This document shows, piece after piece, positions 7,733 through 17,172 of a DNA stretch of 32,000 nt. Each line of letters opens with the position of its first letter. Within the stretch, counting starts at the first letter, position 1. The notes under the pieces were generated by a model. The model saw only the letters and a program-made list of their open reading frames with translations, searched no databases and was not told the DNA's origin. This stretch comes from Horticoccus luteus (lineage in GTDB: Bacteria; Verrucomicrobiota; Verrucomicrobiia; Opitutales; Opitutaceae), in assembly GCF_019464535.1 (NCBI RefSeq), contig NZ_CP080507.1, forward strand, positions 2,850,001 to 2,882,000, read 5' to 3'. The position numbers and the translations under genes are program-made.

Positions 7733-7787
7733 AAACGCGCGGAAATTTGTTTCGCCAACCGCTCGCCGACAACTAGTCACGTGGGCG

Positions 7788-8426
7788 ATGTTCTCGCTGA
7801 AAAAGCTGTTCGGGAAAGACGAGAAGTTCTTCGATTTACTCGAAGCCGGCGCCGATGAAGCGCGCGTAAGCATCGGCCTGCTCGTTCGTTACCTTCAGGA
7901 CCTGCGCGCCGGCGTCGCCCAGCCGAGTTTGGACAATTTTGTCCAGAGTCGCCGCAAGGAGAAGCGCATCCGCTACCAGATGAACGAGGAGCTCAGCCGC
8001 ACCTTCGTCACGCCGCTTGAGCGCGAGGATATCGAGGCTTTGTCGTTCGCCCTTTATCGCATCCCGAAGTCCGTCGAGAAAATCGTCGAACGCATTTCCA
8101 TCTATCCCGGGCACTTCCCCCACGCCGCGTTCCAGCGGCAGGCCGAACTGCTGACCACCGCCGCGGAGGCCGTCGAGTTCATGGTGAAACAACTGCGCAA
8201 GGGCACGACGATGGAGAAGATTCGTGAAGCCAACGATCGCCTCCAATACGCCGAAGGCGAAGCGGACAAAGTCATGCTCGGCCTCCTGCGGGAGCTCTAT
8301 CACGGTCCCGCCGATGCGAAGGAAATCGTCATTCTGCAAGAGCTCTACGAGCTCGTCGAACGCGCCGTCGATCGCTGCCGCAACGCCGGCGTGATCGTCG
8401 TCCAGATCGTCTTGAAACACGCGTAA
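7788..8426 (+). CDS. DUF47 / PhoU-like accessory protein of PiT transporters (TIGR00153-type), 212 aa
   Basis: MFSLKKLFGKDEKFFDLLE..., TPLEREDIEALSFAL and AEGEADKVMLGLLRELY are present. The gene sits directly upstream of a PiT gene, the classic arrangement. The longer track ORF from 7290 overlaps the DUF218 gene out of frame. Confidence 0.85.
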   Translation: MFSLKKLFGKDEKFFDLLEAGADEARVSIGLLVRYLQDLRAGVAQPSLDNFVQSRRKEKRIRYQMNEELSRTFVTPLEREDIEALSFALYRIPKSVEKIVERISIYPGHFPHAAFQRQAELLTTAAEAVEFMVKQLRKGTTMEKIREANDRLQYAEGEADKVMLGLLRELYHGPADAKEIVILQELYELVERAVDRCRNAGVIVVQIVLKHA

Positions 8427-8485
8427 GTCCCCGCGTCGTCCCGCGTCCGCCGCCGCCCACCTGTGAACCTCTTTCCGGTGTCCGC

Positions 8486-9550
8486 ATGACCCTTTTCCTG
8501 TTCGTTCTGCTCGCCGCGCTGGTTTTCGAATACATCAACGGCTTTCACGATACCGCCAACGCGATCGCGACGGTCGTCTCCACCAAAGTTCTCACGCCGC
8601 GCAGCGCGATTGTCTGGGCGGCGGGCTGGAATCTCGTCGGTGCGTTGATGGGCACCGCGGTGGCGTCCACCATCGGCCGCGGCCTGGTGGATACGAGCGT
8701 CGTCACGATGGCGACCGTGTTGTGCGCGCTCCTGTCCGCGATCATCTGGAATTTATTTACGTGGTGGCTCGGCCTGCCCTCAAGCTCCTCGCACGCCCTC
8801 GTCGGCGGGTTGTGCGGCGCCGCGCTCGCCACGGCCGGCGACAACTGGGCCGTCCTCAAATGGTCGGAGATCGACGCCCACGGCGCGCACTACGGCCTTT
8901 GGCCGAAGGTCGTGCTCCCGATGCTCGCCTCGCCCCTCATCGGCTTTGTCGGCGGCTGGTTGCTCATGATGCTCCTGACGGTGGTGCTCCGCAAAGCCAC
9001 GCCGCGTCTCGTGCAGTTGATCTTCGGCAAAGCCCAGCTCATCAGCGCGGGCTTCATGGGCCACAGCCACGGCTCGAACGACGCGCAAAAAACGATGGGC
9101 ATCATCGCCCTCGCGCTTTTCACTGGCACGCAAAGCGGGATCTTCGACCACGTCCCGCCCTGGGCGCACTTTCTCTACACGCCCACGTTTCACGTGCCCT
9201 ACTGGGTCATCTTCGCGTGCGCCCTCACGATGGCCGCCGGCACCGCCGCGGGCGGCTGGCGCATCATTCGCACGATGGGCCATAAGATGGTGAAACTTCA
9301 ACCCGTGCACGGTTTCGCGGCGGAAACCACCGCAGCGCTCGTGATCCACGGTGCCTCCGTCTTTGGCATTCCCGTTTCCACGACCCACGTCATCGCCACC
9401 TCGATCATGGGCGTCGGCGCCTCGAAGCGTTTGAGCGCCGTCAAGTGGGGCGTCGTGGAACGCATCGTCTGGGCGTGGGTGCTCACGCTTCCCGTCACGG
9501 GCCTCCTCGGCTACGGTCTGGCCCAGCTCTTTCACGCCCTCGGCCAGTAA
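8486..9550 (+). CDS. pit: Inorganic phosphate transporter, PiT (PHO4) family, 354 aa
   Basis: FEYINGFHDTANAIATVVST, a second-half repeat (GSNDAQKTMGII...) and the polytopic membrane profile support the call. Confidence 0.93.
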   Translation: MTLFLFVLLAALVFEYINGFHDTANAIATVVSTKVLTPRSAIVWAAGWNLVGALMGTAVASTIGRGLVDTSVVTMATVLCALLSAIIWNLFTWWLGLPSSSSHALVGGLCGAALATAGDNWAVLKWSEIDAHGAHYGLWPKVVLPMLASPLIGFVGGWLLMMLLTVVLRKATPRLVQLIFGKAQLISAGFMGHSHGSNDAQKTMGIIALALFTGTQSGIFDHVPPWAHFLYTPTFHVPYWVIFACALTMAAGTAAGGWRIIRTMGHKMVKLQPVHGFAAETTAALVIHGASVFGIPVSTTHVIATSIMGVGASKRLSAVKWGVVERIVWAWVLTLPVTGLLGYGLAQLFHALGQ

Positions 9551-9555
9551 GCGTG

Positions 9556-10743
9556 CTAGTCGGCCGCCGTCGCGTTCGCGCGCGGCAAGGAAAAGACAAA
9601 CGCCGCCCCCCGCCCGACGACGCTCTCGCAACGCACTGCACCGCCGTGCGCCTGCACGACGTGCTTCACGATCGCCAAGCCCAATCCCGTGCCGCCCTGT
9701 TCGCGCGCCCGCGCCCGATCAACCCGGTAAAAGCGCTCGAAGACCCGCGCCAACGCCGCCGGCGGGACCCCTGGACCATCATCGCGCACCGTGAACTCGA
9801 TCCGCTCGGCGTGCGCCCGGGCCGCGATCTGCACCTTGCCGCCGTCTCGCCCATACTTCAGGGCGTTGTCGATGAGGTTGAAGAAAACTTGCCGCACGCG
9901 GTCAGCATCGGCCCTCACCAAAAATTCCTCCGGTACCTCGTTCCGGAGCTCGATCCTGCGCGCCGCCGCCCGAGCCCCCAGGTCGTCCTCTACTTCCCGC
10001 ACGAGCGTCCGGGCGGAGACCGTTTGCAGGTTCAGGCGCACGCGGCCTGAATCGAGCTGCGCCAGCAACAGCAGGTCGTCGATCAAAAGCCCCAATCGGT
10101 TCGCGTGGCGGTCCACGATTTTCAACAATCTCCCGCTGGCTTCCTCCGTGCGTTCCTGCCCATCGATGAGCATCTCCACCGCGCCTTTGATCAAGGACAA
10201 CGGCGTGCGCAGCTCATGACTGACATTGGCGACAAATTCCTGGCGGGCACTTTCGAGTTTACGCACCTGGGTCAGGTCGTGAAACACGAGCACGGCTCCG
10301 CTCACCCGATCCTCCGCATCGCGCAAGGTCACCGCATTGATCTGCAAGAACCGCGGCGGCGTTTCCTCGAGTCGCAACTCATGCCCCGCCACCGCTTCCT
10401 CCGCCGGCAACCGCCGCGCCACCGTCGCAATCTCGTGGTTGCGCACAACCTCAATCAGAGTCCTGCCTGTCGCGTTCGTCGTCTGGAAAAGCTCCTGCGC
10501 CGCTTGGTTGACGAGCGTTACGTGGTGGCTGGCGTCGAGCACGATCACTCCTTCGAGCATGCGGTCGAATAATTGACGGGAGCGTTCCCGCGTCGCGCCC
10601 AACTCTTGCGCCTGCCGCGCTCGCAAATCCCCCTGCTCCGCGGCGGCGATGGCCTGCCGCCGCTTCCCGCGTGCTCGCTCCCACCACCAGCCCCACGCAC
10701 AAACGGCCGCGATCAAGAGCCCGGTGAAGCCCAACACGTTCAT
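9556..10743 (-). CDS. phoR: Phosphate regulon sensor histidine kinase PhoR-like (TM - PAS - HisKA - HATPase), 395 aa
   Basis: H-box FVANVSHELRTPL, N-box FNLIDNALKY, G1 DDGPGV and G2 GGTGLGLAIV are all present. The start overlaps the phoB stop by 4 nt (ATGA), and the gene is embedded in the pst-phoU-phoB context. Confidence 0.85.
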   Translation of the reverse strand: MNVLGFTGLLIAAVCAWGWWWERARGKRRQAIAAAEQGDLRARQAQELGATRERSRQLFDRMLEGVIVLDASHHVTLVNQAAQELFQTTNATGRTLIEVVRNHEIATVARRLPAEEAVAGHELRLEETPPRFLQINAVTLRDAEDRVSGAVLVFHDLTQVRKLESARQEFVANVSHELRTPLSLIKGAVEMLIDGQERTEEASGRLLKIVDRHANRLGLLIDDLLLLAQLDSGRVRLNLQTVSARTLVREVEDDLGARAAARRIELRNEVPEEFLVRADADRVRQVFFNLIDNALKYGRDGGKVQIAARAHAERIEFTVRDDGPGVPPAALARVFERFYRVDRARAREQGGTGLGLAIVKHVVQAHGGAVRCESVVGRGAAFVFSLPRANATAAD

Positions 10744-11432
10744 GCGTCAAGGGTCGCTGAAAAGCGGTAACCTACGCCCCGAATCGTTTCGAGGAACTCC
10801 GCCGCCGCGCCGACTTTCTCCCGCAGCCGGCGCATGTGCGTGTCGACGGTGCGCGTATCGATCGCCGCCTCGTAGCCCCAGACGTCCTGGAGCAATCGCT
10901 CGCGGGTTTGGACCCGCCCGCGGCGCTGTGCCAGCAACAGGAGCAGGTTGAATTCAGTCGCCGTCAACTCGACCACCGCACCGTTCACCGTCACGCGATG
11001 GCCCGGAATATCGATCTCCAACCCTCCGCAGCGGAGACGCTCGCCCACTTCTTCGGTCGGCGCCGCGCGTTGCAGCAGCTTGCGGATGCGGAGCACCAGT
11101 TCGCGCGGGCTGTAGGGTTTTGCCACGTAGTCGTCGGCCCCAAGTTCGAGGCCCAGCACCCGGTCCGCCTCGGCCGCACGGGCCGTGAGCATGAGGATCG
11201 GGATCGTCGCGGTCGCCGGATCGCGACGCAAAATTTTGCACACCTCAAGGCCATCCACCTCGGGCAGCATCCAGTCGAGCACGATCAGATCAGGGCGGTC
11301 CGCTTGCACCGCCGTCAGCGCCTTCGCTCCATCGCTGGCCAGCACCGGCGCAAAGCCCGCCTCGCGCAGCTTCAGCTCCAGTAGTTCGAGCGCGTCGGGC
11401 TCGTCGTCAACGACCAGAATTTTCGGTTTCAT
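10740..11432 (-). CDS. phoB: Phosphate regulon response regulator PhoB (OmpR family), 230 aa
   Basis: MKPKILVVDDEPD, the receiver aspartate in LIVLDWMLPEVDG and KPYSPREL are present, followed by a winged-helix C-terminus (TRTVDTHMRRLREK...IRGVGYRF). Confidence 0.9.
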   Translation of the reverse strand: MKPKILVVDDEPDALELLELKLREAGFAPVLASDGAKALTAVQADRPDLIVLDWMLPEVDGLEVCKILRRDPATATIPILMLTARAAEADRVLGLELGADDYVAKPYSPRELVLRIRKLLQRAAPTEEVGERLRCGGLEIDIPGHRVTVNGAVVELTATEFNLLLLLAQRRGRVQTRERLLQDVWGYEAAIDTRTVDTHMRRLREKVGAAAEFLETIRGVGYRFSATLDA

Positions 11433-12090
11433 TCAGTTGTCTCAAACCCATGTGGCGGATGTCGCGCGCTTCGTAGAGAAAAACGACCTCCTCGGCGATG
11501 TTCGTCGCATGGTCGGCCACGCGCTCGAGCGCTTTGGAAATCACCATCAGCGCGAGGGCGCGCGAGATGGTCGCCGGCCGCTCCACCATGAAACTCGCCA
11601 GCTCGCGGTGCAGTTGCCGGTTGATGTCGTCCACGGCCTCGTCGCGCGGAATCACCGTGCGCGCCAGAGCTGGCTTCTGTTCAACAAAGGCGTTCAACGC
11701 GTCCCGCAGCATCTCCAACGACAGCGCCGACATGCGCGGTAGATCGACGTAGGGTTTGAGCTGCGGCTCGCGCCCGAGGTCCAGTGACCGGCGGGCCATC
11801 GTGCACGCTTCATCGCCAATCCGCTCCAGGTTCTGCGATATCTTCATCGCCACCGTGATGAGGCGCAGATCCGTCGCGAGCGGGGCTTTCGTCAGCAGGT
11901 GGATCGCGATATCATCCACCTCGATTTCGAACTGGTCGACGATGTTGTCGTCCTCGATCACCGCTTGCGCGAGGGTGTCGTCGCGCTCGGCCAAGGCCCG
12001 CATCGCGCGGGCAACGGCTGACTCCGCGTGGCTGGCCATCGCCAGCAGCGTTTGCTTCAACCGACTGAGCTCATCGGAGTAATGCGTCAT
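11407..12090 (-). CDS. phoU: Phosphate signalling complex protein PhoU, 227 aa
   Basis: Two PhoU repeats are present, with ERIGDEACTMA and ERVADHATNIAE. The gene is located after pstB, and its 3' end overlaps the phoB start by 26 nt. Confidence 0.9.
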   Translation of the reverse strand: MTHYSDELSRLKQTLLAMASHAESAVARAMRALAERDDTLAQAVIEDDNIVDQFEIEVDDIAIHLLTKAPLATDLRLITVAMKISQNLERIGDEACTMARRSLDLGREPQLKPYVDLPRMSALSLEMLRDALNAFVEQKPALARTVIPRDEAVDDINRQLHRELASFMVERPATISRALALMVISKALERVADHATNIAEEVVFLYEARDIRHMGLRQLNETENSGR

Positions 12091-12104
12091 GAGAAGAGGT
12101 GCGC

Positions 12105-12929
12105 TTAGCCAAAGCGGCCGGAGACATACGCCTCGGTCTGGGGATTGGCGGGGTTCGTGAAAAGATCGCGCGTCGTGCTAAACTCGACGAGCCGGCCGAG
12201 ATAGAAGAACGCCGTGCGATCGGAGCAGCGCGCCGCCTGCTGCATGTTGTGCGTCACGATGACCACGGTGAACCGTTCGCGGAGTTGTTGGATAAGCTCC
12301 TCGATTTTCGCCGTGGCGATGGGATCGAGCGCCGAACAAGGCTCGTCCATGAGCAACACTTCCGGCTCCACCGCGAGCGCCCGCGCGATGCAGAGCCGCT
12401 GCTGTTGGCCGCCCGAAAGGCTGATTCCGGGCCGCGCCAACTTATCCTTCACCTCATCCCAGAGCGCCGCCATCCGCAGTGAATTTTCCAAGCGCTCCTG
12501 CAGCAGCGCGCGATCACGCACGCCGTTGAGCTTGAGGCCGACCAGCACGTTGTCGGCAATGGTCATCGTGGGGAAAGGATTGGACTTCTGAAACACCATC
12601 CCAACCCGCCGGCGCACGTCCGCCGCATCGCGGCCCCGCGCATAAAGGTCTTCGCCGAAAAGGCGGAGCGAACCGACGATGCGCGTGCCCGGTGTCACTT
12701 CATGCATGCGGTTGAGTGCGCGGAGAAAAGTCGACTTGCCGCACCCGCTCGGACCGATGATCGCGGTGACCTGGCGGGCCGGAATGCCAAGGCTCACGTC
12801 CGCCAGTGCCTGGCTGGATCCATACCAGAGCGAAAAATCTTTCACTTCAAAGGCCGGAGGCGTTGCCGTATCGGGCGGTGGAAGGACGGCGGCCCGCTGA
12901 AGCAGGGGAGTTGGAGTGGGCGAAGCCAT
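12105..12929 (-). CDS. pstB: Phosphate ABC transporter ATP-binding protein PstB, 274 aa
   Basis: Walker [10 protein letters not shown], signature LSGGQQQRL, Walker [13 protein letters not shown] and the PstB-typical tail (TxxIFTNPxxxxTEDYISGRFG-like: [19 protein letters not shown]) are all present. Confidence 0.95.
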   Translation of the reverse strand: MASPTPTPLLQRAAVLPPPDTATPPAFEVKDFSLWYGSSQALADVSLGIPARQVTAIIGPSGCGKSTFLRALNRMHEVTPGTRIVGSLRLFGEDLYARGRDAADVRRRVGMVFQKSNPFPTMTIADNVLVGLKLNGVRDRALLQERLENSLRMAALWDEVKDKLARPGISLSGGQQQRLCIARALAVEPEVLLMDEPCSALDPIATAKIEELIQQLRERFTVVIVTHNMQQAARCSDRTAFFYLGRLVEFSTTRDLFTNPANPQTEAYVSGRFG

Positions 12930-12938
12930 GCGAAAAGA

Positions 12939-13811
12939 TTAGCGGACTGTTTTGGTGCGCGCGAAGAGACGGACGGCAAGATTGAGCACGAGAATCATCA
13001 GCATCAACACGAGTGCGCCCGCCCACGCCTGGCGGTGCCAGTCGTCATACGGCGAAATCGCATACGTAAAGATCTGCAGGGGGAGCGCCGCGATGGGTTC
13101 CGCGAGACTCTGGTTCCAAAAATTATTGCCGAGCGCAGTGAACAGCAAAGGCGCCGTCTCGCCGGCCACTCGCGCCAGCGCGACCAACACGCCCGTGACG
13201 ATCCCTCGCAGCGCCGTCTTCATTACGATCACCGTGATGATCTTCCAGCGCGGGATGCCCAGGGCGAGCGCCGCCTCGCGGTAGCTTTGCGGCACGAGCG
13301 CCAGCACTTCATCTGTCGTCCGCATCACGAGTGGAATCATGATCAAGCCCAACGCCACGCCGCCCGCGTAAGCTGAAAAAGATTTAAGCGGCACGACGAG
13401 CAACGTGTAAACCACCATGCCCCACACGATCGACGGCACACCGTTGAGCACGTCCGCGGCAAACCGGATCCAGCCGTTCGCCCGCGGATGACCATATTCC
13501 GCGAGATAAACGCCACCCATCACGCCCACCGGCACGCCGACCACCGTTGCCAGCGCGAGCAACGTCAACGTGCCCACGATGGCGGGAGCCATCCCGCCTC
13601 CCGGTTCGCCCGCCGGCTTGGGCAGCTGCGTGAAAAAATTCCAGTCCAGCGCCGAGGCACCTTCGCGCACGAGAAAATACAGCACGCAAAACAAGGGCGC
13701 CGCCGCCAGCAGGGCGCAGAGCCCGAGCACCACGCGCATGAGTTTGCTCTTCCGGCGCCGGGCGCGCGCCAGTGCTGCGCTCGGCGTCCATGACTGTGCC
13801 GGCGCGCTCAT
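12939..13811 (-). CDS. pstA: Phosphate ABC transporter permease PstA, 290 aa
   Basis: The ATG at 13811 overlaps the pstC stop (ATGA). The EAA loop is REAALALGIPRWKII. The 632-aa track ORF is this gene plus an out-of-frame read through pstC. Confidence 0.9.
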   Translation of the reverse strand: MSAPAQSWTPSAALARARRRKSKLMRVVLGLCALLAAAPLFCVLYFLVREGASALDWNFFTQLPKPAGEPGGGMAPAIVGTLTLLALATVVGVPVGVMGGVYLAEYGHPRANGWIRFAADVLNGVPSIVWGMVVYTLLVVPLKSFSAYAGGVALGLIMIPLVMRTTDEVLALVPQSYREAALALGIPRWKIITVIVMKTALRGIVTGVLVALARVAGETAPLLFTALGNNFWNQSLAEPIAALPLQIFTYAISPYDDWHRQAWAGALVLMLMILVLNLAVRLFARTKTVR

Positions 13812-14830
13812 CCCGCCACCTTGCCCGGGCCGGAGCCCGCCAGCCGTCGCAGCATCAATTGCGCAGCGGCGTTGACTAAAATCGTGAGCGCAAACAGGAC
13901 GAGGCCGAGCTCGAACAAAGAGTTGAGATAAACGTCGCTCGTCGCCTCGGTGAACTCGTTGGCGATGACGCTGGCGAGTGTGTAACCCGGAGCGAACAGC
14001 GATGCTTTGATCTCCGGCCGGTTTCCAATGACCATCGTGACCGCCATCGTCTCGCCGAGGGCGCGCCCAAGCCCGAGAACCGCCGCCCCAAACAGTCCTC
14101 GCTGGGCATAGCCCAACACCGCGATCCGGATCACTTCCCAATGCGTCGCACCGAGCGCATAGGCCGCCTCCCGTTGCAGCTTCGGCACCGACCGCAAAAT
14201 CTCGCGGGAGATCGCAGTCACGATCGGCAGAATCATGATCGCGACGATGATGCCTCCGGCGAGCATGCTTACGCCATAGATCGGGCCCTGAAAGAAGGGC
14301 AGAAACCCCAGCGTGTCGCGCAGCCACTGAAACAAATGGTCCCGCAGCCAGGGAATCAGCACAAAGATGCCCCATAAGCCGAAGATCACACTGGGCACCG
14401 CTGCCAGCATTTCGATCACCATGATGGCCGGCTGGCGCATTTTCTGCGGCGCCATCTCCGTCAAAAATAGCGCGGTGGCGATCCCGAGCGGCACCGCGAT
14501 AATCAGCGCGATCAAAGAGGAAACCAATGTGCCGAAGATAAACGGCAGAGCCCCAAACTCGTCCGACACGGGATCCCACTTTGTGCTCGTCAGAAAGCTG
14601 AAGCCGAACTTCTCCACGGCGAGCCGTGAACCGGAATAAAGCTGCCACCCCACCAGCCCGATCAAACCGATGATGGCTGCCACCGCCAGCAACGCCATCC
14701 AGCGGAAGCTCCGGTCGGGCCAATGTGCCGATTTTCTCAGCGGCGAAAATCGTGCGAGGGAGAAAGGACCAGTCATGGGCGAGATCGGCGCGCGTGGAGC
14801 GACCTTTTGTGGAGGACAGATTCGGCGCAA
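13808..14830 (-). CDS. pstC: Phosphate ABC transporter permease PstC, 340 aa
   Basis: FGALPFIFGTLV and the EAA loop REAAYALGATHWEVI are present. A TTG start at 14830 is preceded by AGGAG 7 nt upstream; an ATG at 14776 is an alternative start. Confidence 0.88.
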   Translation of the reverse strand: MRRICPPQKVAPRAPISPMTGPFSLARFSPLRKSAHWPDRSFRWMALLAVAAIIGLIGLVGWQLYSGSRLAVEKFGFSFLTSTKWDPVSDEFGALPFIFGTLVSSLIALIIAVPLGIATALFLTEMAPQKMRQPAIMVIEMLAAVPSVIFGLWGIFVLIPWLRDHLFQWLRDTLGFLPFFQGPIYGVSMLAGGIIVAIMILPIVTAISREILRSVPKLQREAAYALGATHWEVIRIAVLGYAQRGLFGAAVLGLGRALGETMAVTMVIGNRPEIKASLFAPGYTLASVIANEFTEATSDVYLNSLFELGLVLFALTILVNAAAQLMLRRLAGSGPGKVAG

Positions 14831-14842
14831 GAAGCAACTCCT

Positions 14843-15847
14843 CTAGTATTTGATCGCTTGCACCTGCTTCAGCACCCGCGCCTGGAGATCAGCCGGCAGC
14901 GGCGCATAGTCGAGCGCGGCGGCCATCGTCTCCCCTTTCGTGAACGCCCACTGGAGAAATTCGACGAGCTTCTGCCCTTTCGCCGGATTCTTCTGCTGCC
15001 CATACACCAGCAGCCACGTGGCGCCCGCAATCGGGTAAGCCTCCGCACCCGGCGCGTTGACCATGGAAAAGCGGAAGTCGTCGTGAACCGTGGCGGATGC
15101 GAGCGCCGCCGTGACCGACGCGATGGACGGTTCAACGTAATGTCCCGCGGCGTTCTTCACAGCGGCATACGGCAGGTGATTTTGTTTCGCGTAAGCGAGC
15201 TCGACGTAACCAATCGCGCCCGGGGATTGCTGAATCTGCCCCGTCACGCCGGCATTACCTTTGCCTCCAAGGCCGACCGGCCACTTGACGGCCGTGTTCT
15301 TGCCGACCTTCTCGGCCCATTCCTGGTCCACGGCGCTCAGGTAGTCGGTGAAAATGTAGGAAGTTCCACTGCCGTCTGAACGATGAACGACCAGGATCTC
15401 GCGATCCGGCAGTTCCATGCCCGGGTTCTGCGCGGTGATGGCGGCATCATTCCACTTGGTGATTTTACCCAGGAAAATTCGCGCGATCGTGCCGCCCTCA
15501 AGCTTCAGTTTCGGTTGCCCCGGCAGGTTGTAACAGATCACCACCGCGCCGGCGACAGTCGGGATGTGCCACAGCGGACGCGGCGCTTTGGCGAGGTTCT
15601 CGTCGGACATGGGACCGTCCGAGGCGCCGAAGTCGACCGTCTCAGCGAGGATTTGCTTTTGGCCGCCGCCCGAACCGATGCCTTGGTAGTTGAAGCGCAC
15701 GGAGCGATCGACCTGCGCGTAGGCGGAAAACCATTTGGTATAGAGCGGCTGCGGGAAGGAAGCTCCGGCACCGTTGATCAACATTTGCGCCGAGCAAACG
15801 GACGCCGTCAGGGCCGCCCAAGCGGCGAGTGCGAGTATTTTTTTCAT
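14843..15847 (-). CDS. pstS: Phosphate-binding protein PstS (signal peptide), 334 aa
   Basis: The signal peptide is MKKILALAAWAALTASVCSA. NGAGASFPQPLY, RSDGSGTSYIFT and GAIGYVELAYA are present. Confidence 0.93.
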   Translation of the reverse strand: MKKILALAAWAALTASVCSAQMLINGAGASFPQPLYTKWFSAYAQVDRSVRFNYQGIGSGGGQKQILAETVDFGASDGPMSDENLAKAPRPLWHIPTVAGAVVICYNLPGQPKLKLEGGTIARIFLGKITKWNDAAITAQNPGMELPDREILVVHRSDGSGTSYIFTDYLSAVDQEWAEKVGKNTAVKWPVGLGGKGNAGVTGQIQQSPGAIGYVELAYAKQNHLPYAAVKNAAGHYVEPSIASVTAALASATVHDDFRFSMVNAPGAEAYPIAGATWLLVYGQQKNPAKGQKLVEFLQWAFTKGETMAAALDYAPLPADLQARVLKQVQAIKY

Positions 15848-15872
15848 GGTGTTTTCGAACTGGGTGAGGAAA

Positions 15873-17135
15873 TCAGAAGTTGAGCTGCATCATGCTGCGG
15901 ACGCCGTCCGTGGTGGCCTTGCCGGTGCCTTTGACGACGTTGCCGGCTCCGTTCACAAGGTCCCGGCTTTCGCCGTGGATGTAGCCGATCTGCCACTTCA
16001 CGTCGTTGCCGCGCAGATAGACGTTGAGGCCGCCGAACCATTCGGTGAGCTCGTTCATCGTGCCGCCGCTCGGCGCCGAGCGAATCAGATCACTGGTCGT
16101 CAGGCCGCGACCATCGGAGCCGACGTAGGTGTAGCGCCCGACGAGTTCGAGCCTGTCGGTGACTTTGTAGGCGGGCTGGACGGAAAACGCCCAACTGTGG
16201 GCGTCGCGCCCGGCAGCCCGGCCGTTGTCGTTCTTGCTGGCGAAATACTCCAGTTGGAGATCGAACGGCCCATTCGTGATTTCGCTGAACGCGTTATAAA
16301 CCGTGAGGTCGCTGCCGGTGCCGATCGCCTTGCCGCCTTGATCAGGCAATACGCCGACCGAGCCGCTGACGACGTAGGTCGTGGCGGCCGCCTTGCCGCT
16401 GTAGCCGACGTTGCCCCAGTAGGCCAGGGTGTTGGTGGCGGCGCTGCCCTGACCAGTGACGCCGGCGGCGGACTCGTCACGCTCCGGATTGGTGAGAGCG
16501 ACGTTGTAGAAAAGCCCGTTGGTCGTCTTGCCGCCGAGGAAGAGGCCCGTGCGATAGCTGCCGGCGCCGAGGCGACGACCGTTGTTGCCCTCGACGAAAA
16601 AGCGTGTGCCCGGCGACCGCTCGATCGCGCGCAGGTTGCTGCTGGAAGTATACCACTCCTCCAGGCCGAACGGGACTTTGCGGAAGCCGATGTCGAGCAC
16701 CAGCTCGTCGCTCTTCTTCCACTGCACGAACGCCGCGTCGAAGGTCGAGCCGGCGAAATCGTAATTCAAGTTGCCGGTCCACCCGTTGCCGAGTTCGGCC
16801 TTCGCGCCGACATACAAGCGACGGAGAAAAAGGTGATTGGTGGCCGCCGGGTCGGCGTCGGTGCCGTCGATATCGGTGCTCAGCCCGGCGTATTGGATCT
16901 GAAAGCGGCCGCTGAGCGTCAGCTTCTGGAGGTATTTGCCCTTCGACGTGGAGACCTCCGTCGCGGTGGTGCTCTTCGCGAGTTCCTTGCTGATCTGGAC
17001 TGCCTCGTCGTTGGTCAGAATCCCCTTGTGCACCAAGACATCCAGCAACGCCTTGCTATCTTGGGCCAGGATCGTTCCGGTCGCGAGCAACGCAGCTCCG
17101 AGGACAGCGGTCCATTTTGATTTGAGTGACAACAT
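15873..17135 (-). CDS. Phosphate-selective porin O/P family outer-membrane protein, ~420 aa
   Basis: The ATG at 17135 gives MLSLKSKWTAVLGAALLATGTILAQ (signal peptide). The composition is that of a beta-barrel with alternating aromatic/Gly strands, and the C-terminal residue is Phe (...MMQLNF). The gene lies 25 nt upstream of pstS. The 448-aa antisense ORF is rejected. Confidence 0.8.
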   Translation of the reverse strand: MLSLKSKWTAVLGAALLATGTILAQDSKALLDVLVHKGILTNDEAVQISKELAKSTTATEVSTSKGKYLQKLTLSGRFQIQYAGLSTDIDGTDADPAATNHLFLRRLYVGAKAELGNGWTGNLNYDFAGSTFDAAFVQWKKSDELVLDIGFRKVPFGLEEWYTSSSNLRAIERSPGTRFFVEGNNGRRLGAGSYRTGLFLGGKTTNGLFYNVALTNPERDESAAGVTGQGSAATNTLAYWGNVGYSGKAAATTYVVSGSVGVLPDQGGKAIGTGSDLTVYNAFSEITNGPFDLQLEYFASKNDNGRAAGRDAHSWAFSVQPAYKVTDRLELVGRYTYVGSDGRGLTTSDLIRSAPSGGTMNELTEWFGGLNVYLRGNDVKWQIGYIHGESRDLVNGAGNVVKGTGKATTDGVRSMMQLNF

Positions 17136-17172
17136 GAGATGTTTTCTTCGGTTGGAGTGAGAGAACGGCGCC

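Noticed and set aside
12939-14837. 632-aa ORF suggesting a fused PstC-PstA protein.
   Set aside because: Only the C-terminal 290 aa (from the ATG at 13811) look like PstA. The N-terminal part is an out-of-frame read across pstC, which has its own clean frame ending in the ATGA overlap.
15774-17120. 448-aa plus-strand ORF overlapping the porin gene.
   Set aside because: It is antisense to an ORF with a signal peptide, beta-barrel composition and a C-terminal Phe in pst context. The plus-strand product is Ala/Arg/Gly/Val-rich with no motifs.
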